59,099 bases of DNA from positions 1-59,099 of the forward strand of contig CALQYS010000004.1 in the NCBI GenBank assembly GCA_943348755.1. The letters are read 5' to 3'. This document shows, in pieces, positions 55,368 to 59,099 of this stretch (position 1 is its first letter; every line of letters begins with the position of its first letter). The notes beneath the pieces were generated by a model. It had not been told where the DNA came from and did not search any database. It saw only the letters and a list, made by a program, of their open reading frames with translations. The translations under genes and the position numbers were made by a program. This stretch comes from Candidatus Nomurabacteria bacterium (GTDB lineage Bacteria; Patescibacteriota; Minisyncoccia; Phycocordibacterales; UBA9973).

Positions 55368-55688
55368 TTAAATACTAATCAATACCAAAGCTATGACAGC
55401 CAAGACTAGTCCAATTCCGTTAGTAAGAGACAAAGGTTCTTTAAATATTACAAACCCCAAAAATGAACATCCTGCCACAGTAAAGATGGCATAAAAAGTA
55501 ATAGCCGTGGCTGATTCGATACCTTTTTTCATGGTATACATCCAAACAATTGTCGCTATATTTAATAAAATTATTCCAATTATTGCTGACCATATTGGGT
55601 GGTTTACCCTTTTTGCCCACCAGACAAAAAGCATATCTGCGACAACTGCGACTGCACAGGAAGAAATTAGAAGAAATTTATTCATCAA
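55368..55688 (-). CDS. small four-TM transporter-like protein (SMR/EamA-like)
   Basis: 106 aa with four hydrophobic helices. The canonical SMR glutamate is not evident. Confidence 0.4.
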   Translation of the reverse strand: MMNKFLLISSCAVAVVADMLFVWWAKRVNHPIWSAIIGIILLNIATIVWMYTMKKGIESATAITFYAIFTVAGCSFLGFVIFKEPLSLTNGIGLVLAVIALVLISI

Positions 55689-55704
55689 ACAATTATATCA
55701 AATT

Positions 55705-56006
55705 AAATTGCGGTATTCATTGTACAAAATTCGAACTTATTTTGAAAGCAATCCTGATGATACCGACTACTAGCGTTCCCCGCGCGCTACGCGCCTCTGT
55801 GCAAAGCACAGAGCTTTCCCAAAGGGAAAGTGCGGGAAACGCTAAATGCAAATGCGGACTCGGTTTTGCGAAGCAATTTTGCGGGAGGAGGATCCGCAAA
55901 ACCGAGACTAAAGTTTTTGAAATTCGGCGGGATTTGGGCTTCCGCCCCGCATTCCTCCCGCACCCTCCTGCGGGGCGAGGCTTTGCTTTTTTGGCGGGCG
56001 CGGGCT
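55705..56006 (+). repeat. left copy of a 302-bp GC-rich structured inverted repeat
   Basis: Reverse complement of 58491-58793. The outer approx 168 bp are identical by manual alignment. Confidence 0.85.
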
Positions 56007-56029
56007 TAAAAAGAAAAACTTATCTGAGT

Positions 56030-56605
56030 TTATTCAAGTACTTTTAGATTGTTCGAAAATGAATTAAACTCATTTAGCATTTCATCGAAAAGCTTTTTCT
56101 TTTTTACAAAACTCATTTTTTGTCTTTTGTTAAAAAGAGAATCGTCAGCTCCAAAATCTATTCGTGCAACACCATCCTCAAATTGAGTAAGTTGTAGTAT
56201 TGGATTTTTTCTTTTCTTATTAAATTTAGAAATTAAGGAGTGAATATATCTAACTTTCTTCTGATTATTTTCTCTCCATTTTTTATACTCTCGTGTTTCA
56301 CCGTTTTTTACAGAAGAAAAAATATAATCAATATATTCACGATTATCCATTTCTTTGATTTTCTTTTTACCAATTTTAGTCAGGTATGATTTAAGGAATT
56401 TATTTTCATTCAAAAATCTTAATTTTGGCTTTTTTGATAATTCAAAAACTATACAGGGCTCAATCAAACTTTCTTTATCAAGAATTCCGTCTGATATTTG
56501 TATAGTTAAACCGAAATCTTCTAAAAATAGACCAGCTGTTAAAAGACCAATATTTTTGACCTTAAATTTTCTCTCTAATTGTTTGATTTTTGAATTTATT
56601 TTCAT
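56030..56605 (-). CDS. hypothetical protein (191 aa, Lys-rich) inside the IR-bounded cassette
   Basis: ORF only. No motif recognised. Confidence 0.5.
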   Translation of the reverse strand: MKINSKIKQLERKFKVKNIGLLTAGLFLEDFGLTIQISDGILDKESLIEPCIVFELSKKPKLRFLNENKFLKSYLTKIGKKKIKEMDNREYIDYIFSSVKNGETREYKKWRENNQKKVRYIHSLISKFNKKRKNPILQLTQFEDGVARIDFGADDSLFNKRQKMSFVKKKKLFDEMLNEFNSFSNNLKVLE

Positions 56606-56654
56606 AATTATTAATTACTTTTCTTGATTTTTAAAATATAAAGATATTCACAAA

Positions 56655-58469
56655 TTATTCTGGCAATTTAACAATGCCATCTGTAGAAATAGTGGAGTAT
56701 GCTAAGGTTTTTTCAATACTCACCCCTTCATTTTTATAGACACTTCTATCAATAGAAATTATTGGAAGATCAGCAAACCCTTTAATGGCAGCATTTTCAT
56801 CACTATGTCCGTGTGTGATAATATTAATTCCTGAATCTTTTAAAAACTTTTTTAGATTATCTTTTTCTTCACTAGAAATAGAATTCGATTCAGAGAAATT
56901 TTCTCTCGAATACGAGGATGTAGAAATAAACTCATCTCGCAAAACATTAAAATAATTTTTTTCTTGATCAGTTAATTTATTTTCAGGATTATCATTTTCT
57001 AAGTATATACGTAAGACTTTTTGATAAAACGCATTTATCTTACCCACACCTTCTTTTATTGAAGAATCTTTAGAAAAATCTTTGATAATTCCCACCATTC
57101 GTGGAGTTAGATTTGTATGTGTATATAAACTATCATCATGAAGCGTAATTAATTTTTGATTAACAAAAGCATCTTTAAACAAAGCATGTTCTTGTTTATT
57201 GTTTATACTTTCCTTAATTACACTTCTATTTGCAATAATAGTACTCCCAATTTGGTTTTGATATTTTTTATCAAGAGTATCTATAAAAGTAAACAGGATT
57301 TTTTGCGCTTCTTCATAGTTGTTATTTTCAAGTAAAGTGCAAAATTTTTCTAAACCAATTTGCTTATCCAGCATATCTTGATAACCTCCTTCGTATGCTT
57401 CTATTACATTTGGAGGATAATCAGGGTTGTTTCTAATTCTATCTAAAGTAGCCTTCTTTTTTTGAACATTCTTTTGAAAATCTAACCCAAAGACTTCATC
57501 TTTATTTTTTTTAATGTTTTCGTATAACTCTCTTATACTTTCAAATGGTAAGAATTTTAGAAGCTCAAGATTTCCTGTATATCCAGACAATCTATACGCC
57601 ATGTCTTCTTCTACTGATTTACCTTGTTCTGTACTAAAACCACAAAGCACAGCATTGAACATATTTTCATGATTCCCTGAAATCCACTCTATGTTACCAC
57701 CTTGTATTTTTGCTTGGTTCTTTAATTCTTGAAGTTTTCCATACACGTCCATTCCTTCCGGTGATCGATCTCCTAAAATGTCTCCAATAAAAACAACACT
57801 TTCATTACCTCCCCTCCAAACAATATTTCCATTTTGGTCATTTGAAATAAGATTTTTATATTTTAGGTGCTCTATAAAACTTTTATAAGAACCATTCAGG
57901 TCTCCAATTGCAGTAATATTTGTAGATCGCTCCATAGTTGGTAATGTAATTTCTTTTTCTTTAATACTTTCGGCAGATGAAAAAATCTCGGGACGTTCTG
58001 GGGTTTCTATACTTTCTTCAGTTTTTGCGACCTTACTTTTAACATGTTCTTGTGCGTATGCTAGTCCGCGTGCTTTCCATGCTTTGAGCCTCTCATGTTC
58101 TTTTTCATTAACAGGAATTGCAAAGGTCCACATCTCTTCAAGAAGTTCGGGCTCATTTATTAGTGATGACCACTTTGAAGGAATCATCGGCATATCAGAA
58201 AGGTCAACAGGTTTCTCATTTTTAGGCAAACCTAAATTTCCACGGATTTCTTTAATCTTCTTTTCGTCTTCTACTTTTCTTTTTTCTCCGACTTGTTCTG
58301 CCAGTCTTTTCTCAACACTAGATTTGAATGATTCTGGCAAATCTTGGAAAATGGAATCTTTAGATTCTCCGCTTTTTATACGATTTACATATTCTTCAAT
58401 TTTTTGCTCTCCGCCAGTGAGAGGTTTGTTGTTATCTAAAGATTCCATAAAGTATTTATACTTTATCAT
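56655..58469 (-). CDS. metallophosphoesterase (PPP/ApaH-like) domain protein with long N-terminal and inserted regions
   Basis: IGDLNGS, FIGDILGDR, SGNHEN, and a late THGHS motif. Start moved to MIKYKYF because the upstream part of the ORF lies in the repeat. Confidence 0.65.
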   Translation of the reverse strand: MIKYKYFMESLDNNKPLTGGEQKIEEYVNRIKSGESKDSIFQDLPESFKSSVEKRLAEQVGEKRKVEDEKKIKEIRGNLGLPKNEKPVDLSDMPMIPSKWSSLINEPELLEEMWTFAIPVNEKEHERLKAWKARGLAYAQEHVKSKVAKTEESIETPERPEIFSSAESIKEKEITLPTMERSTNITAIGDLNGSYKSFIEHLKYKNLISNDQNGNIVWRGGNESVVFIGDILGDRSPEGMDVYGKLQELKNQAKIQGGNIEWISGNHENMFNAVLCGFSTEQGKSVEEDMAYRLSGYTGNLELLKFLPFESIRELYENIKKNKDEVFGLDFQKNVQKKKATLDRIRNNPDYPPNVIEAYEGGYQDMLDKQIGLEKFCTLLENNNYEEAQKILFTFIDTLDKKYQNQIGSTIIANRSVIKESINNKQEHALFKDAFVNQKLITLHDDSLYTHTNLTPRMVGIIKDFSKDSSIKEGVGKINAFYQKVLRIYLENDNPENKLTDQEKNYFNVLRDEFISTSSYSRENFSESNSISSEEKDNLKKFLKDSGINIITHGHSDENAAIKGFADLPIISIDRSVYKNEGVSIEKTLAYSTISTDGIVKLPE

Positions 58470-58490
58470 TTTTAGAGTATTTTTTCCAGT

Positions 58491-58793
58491 AGCCCGCGCC
58501 CGCCAAAAAAGCAAAGCCTCGCCCCGCATTCCTCCCGCACCCTCCTGCGGGGCGGAAGCCCAAATCCCGCCGAATTTCAAAAACATTAGTCTCGGTTTTG
58601 CGAATCCTCTCTCCCGCAAAACTGTTTCGCAAAACCGAGTCCGCATTTGCATTTAGCGTTTCCCGCACTTTCCCTTTGGGAAAGCTCTGTGCTTTGCACA
58701 GAGGCGCGTAGCGCGCGGGGAACGCTAGTAGTCGGTATCATCAGGATTGCTTTCAAAATAAGTTCGAATTTTGTACAATGAATACCGCAATTT
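58491..58793 (-). repeat. right copy of the 302-bp GC-rich structured inverted repeat
   Basis: See the left copy. It lies directly upstream of, and in the same orientation as, the two cassette genes. Confidence 0.85.
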
Positions 58794-58991
58794 TTCGAAA
58801 ATGGTTTCCGAACCAAAAATATGGTCGGCGCGAAGCGCCGTCTGTTCCGAATTCCCCCCGCCGAATCCAGAATCCAAAAGGGTTTTCCACGCTCCGCGTG
58901 GCTCTTCGTTTGCCAATGCAAATCAAAAAATGGTAATATTGAAGTGCACCAACATCATATAGACCCACAGAGCTATTTTTATTTTTGAGTA

Positions 58992-59064
58992 CCAAAATGG
59001 CTAACTGTGTTCAATGTCGCTCTTGGGTGATGTTGGTGCAACATGGTTAGCCATTTTGGTTTTT
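58992..59064 (+). terminator. long hairpin plus T-run with a competing upstream pairing (attenuator-like) at the window end
   Basis: CCAAAATGGCTAAC ... GTTAGCCATTTTGG followed by TTTTT. GTGCACCAACATCA (58944-58957) can instead pair with TGATGTTGGTGCA (59028-59040). Confidence 0.4.
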
Positions 59065-59099
59065 AAACTTATGAATCACACCAGAAAATTTTTCATATA

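Noticed and set aside
55550-56047. 165-aa ORF, plus the 111-aa (58586-58921), 190-aa (58084-58656), 70-aa and 60-80-aa ORFs over the 302-bp repeats
   Set aside because: The shared peptide (CGIHCTKFELILKAILMIPTT...) is merely the translated inverted repeat. The sequence is stem-loop rich and GC-rich, and the ORFs run through repeat boundaries. A non-coding structured repeat is the better explanation.
58470-58652. N-terminal 61 residues of the 665-aa ORF 56655-58652
   Set aside because: This part lies inside the right inverted repeat and has a repeat-derived Arg/Gly/Ala-rich composition. The AT-rich gene body starts at MIKYKYF (58469), so the CDS was shortened.
55705-58793. Composite transposon or IS element interpretation of the IR-bounded cassette
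   Set aside because: No transposase, integrase or recombinase ORF lies inside or immediately outside. No obvious target-site duplication was seen at 55700-55704 versus 58794-58798. It is kept as an unexplained IR-bounded cassette rather than called an IS.
1-59099. CRISPR arrays, rRNA genes and prophage blocks
   Set aside because: No regularly spaced direct repeats, no rRNA-like conserved stretches, and no phage structural or integrase genes were recognised anywhere in the window.

Overview
This is an AT-rich, tightly packed bacterial chromosome segment. Gene content and style resemble a small-genome Candidate Phyla Radiation (Patescibacteria) organism; that assignment is inference. Standard genetic code. 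No rRNA genes or CRISPR arrays seen.

The window crosses the replication-origin neighbourhood: rpmH-rnpA-yidD-yidC-jag on the minus strand, diverging from dnaA-dnaN.

Other content, in order:
- a PrgI / VirB4 / pilin-like type-IV-secretion-like locus (0.7-7.1 kb)
- PBP1A
- tyrS with an inserted ACT-like domain
- ruvC, ruvB, ruvA
- a complete diaminopimelate/lysine operon (lysA, dapB, dapA, dapL, lysC, asd, dapF) behind a long structured leader
- pilB-like ATPase, polA, uvrB, uvrA, uvrC, fpg, rpsT, cspA, an ABC-F ATPase, zwf-gnd, mscL
- two tRNAs: Lys-UUU and Arg-GCG

The clearest accessory system is a diversity-generating retroelement (DGR) at 41.5-44.2 kb. It has a GC-rich target gene with a C-terminal variable region, a template repeat 490 bp downstream that differs only at template adenines, an Avd-like gene on the opposite strand, and a reverse transcriptase with the DGR-type SQ motif.

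A second theme is a set of GC-rich palindromic repeats in an AT-rich genome:
- about 100-nt elements inserted in frame into polA and uvrB, with a related intergenic copy after gnd
- a pair of about 302-bp, highly structured inverted repeats bracketing a two-gene cassette (55.7-58.8 kb)
- several unexplained GC-rich structured intergenic islands

All alignments and folds were done by eye and need computational confirmation.
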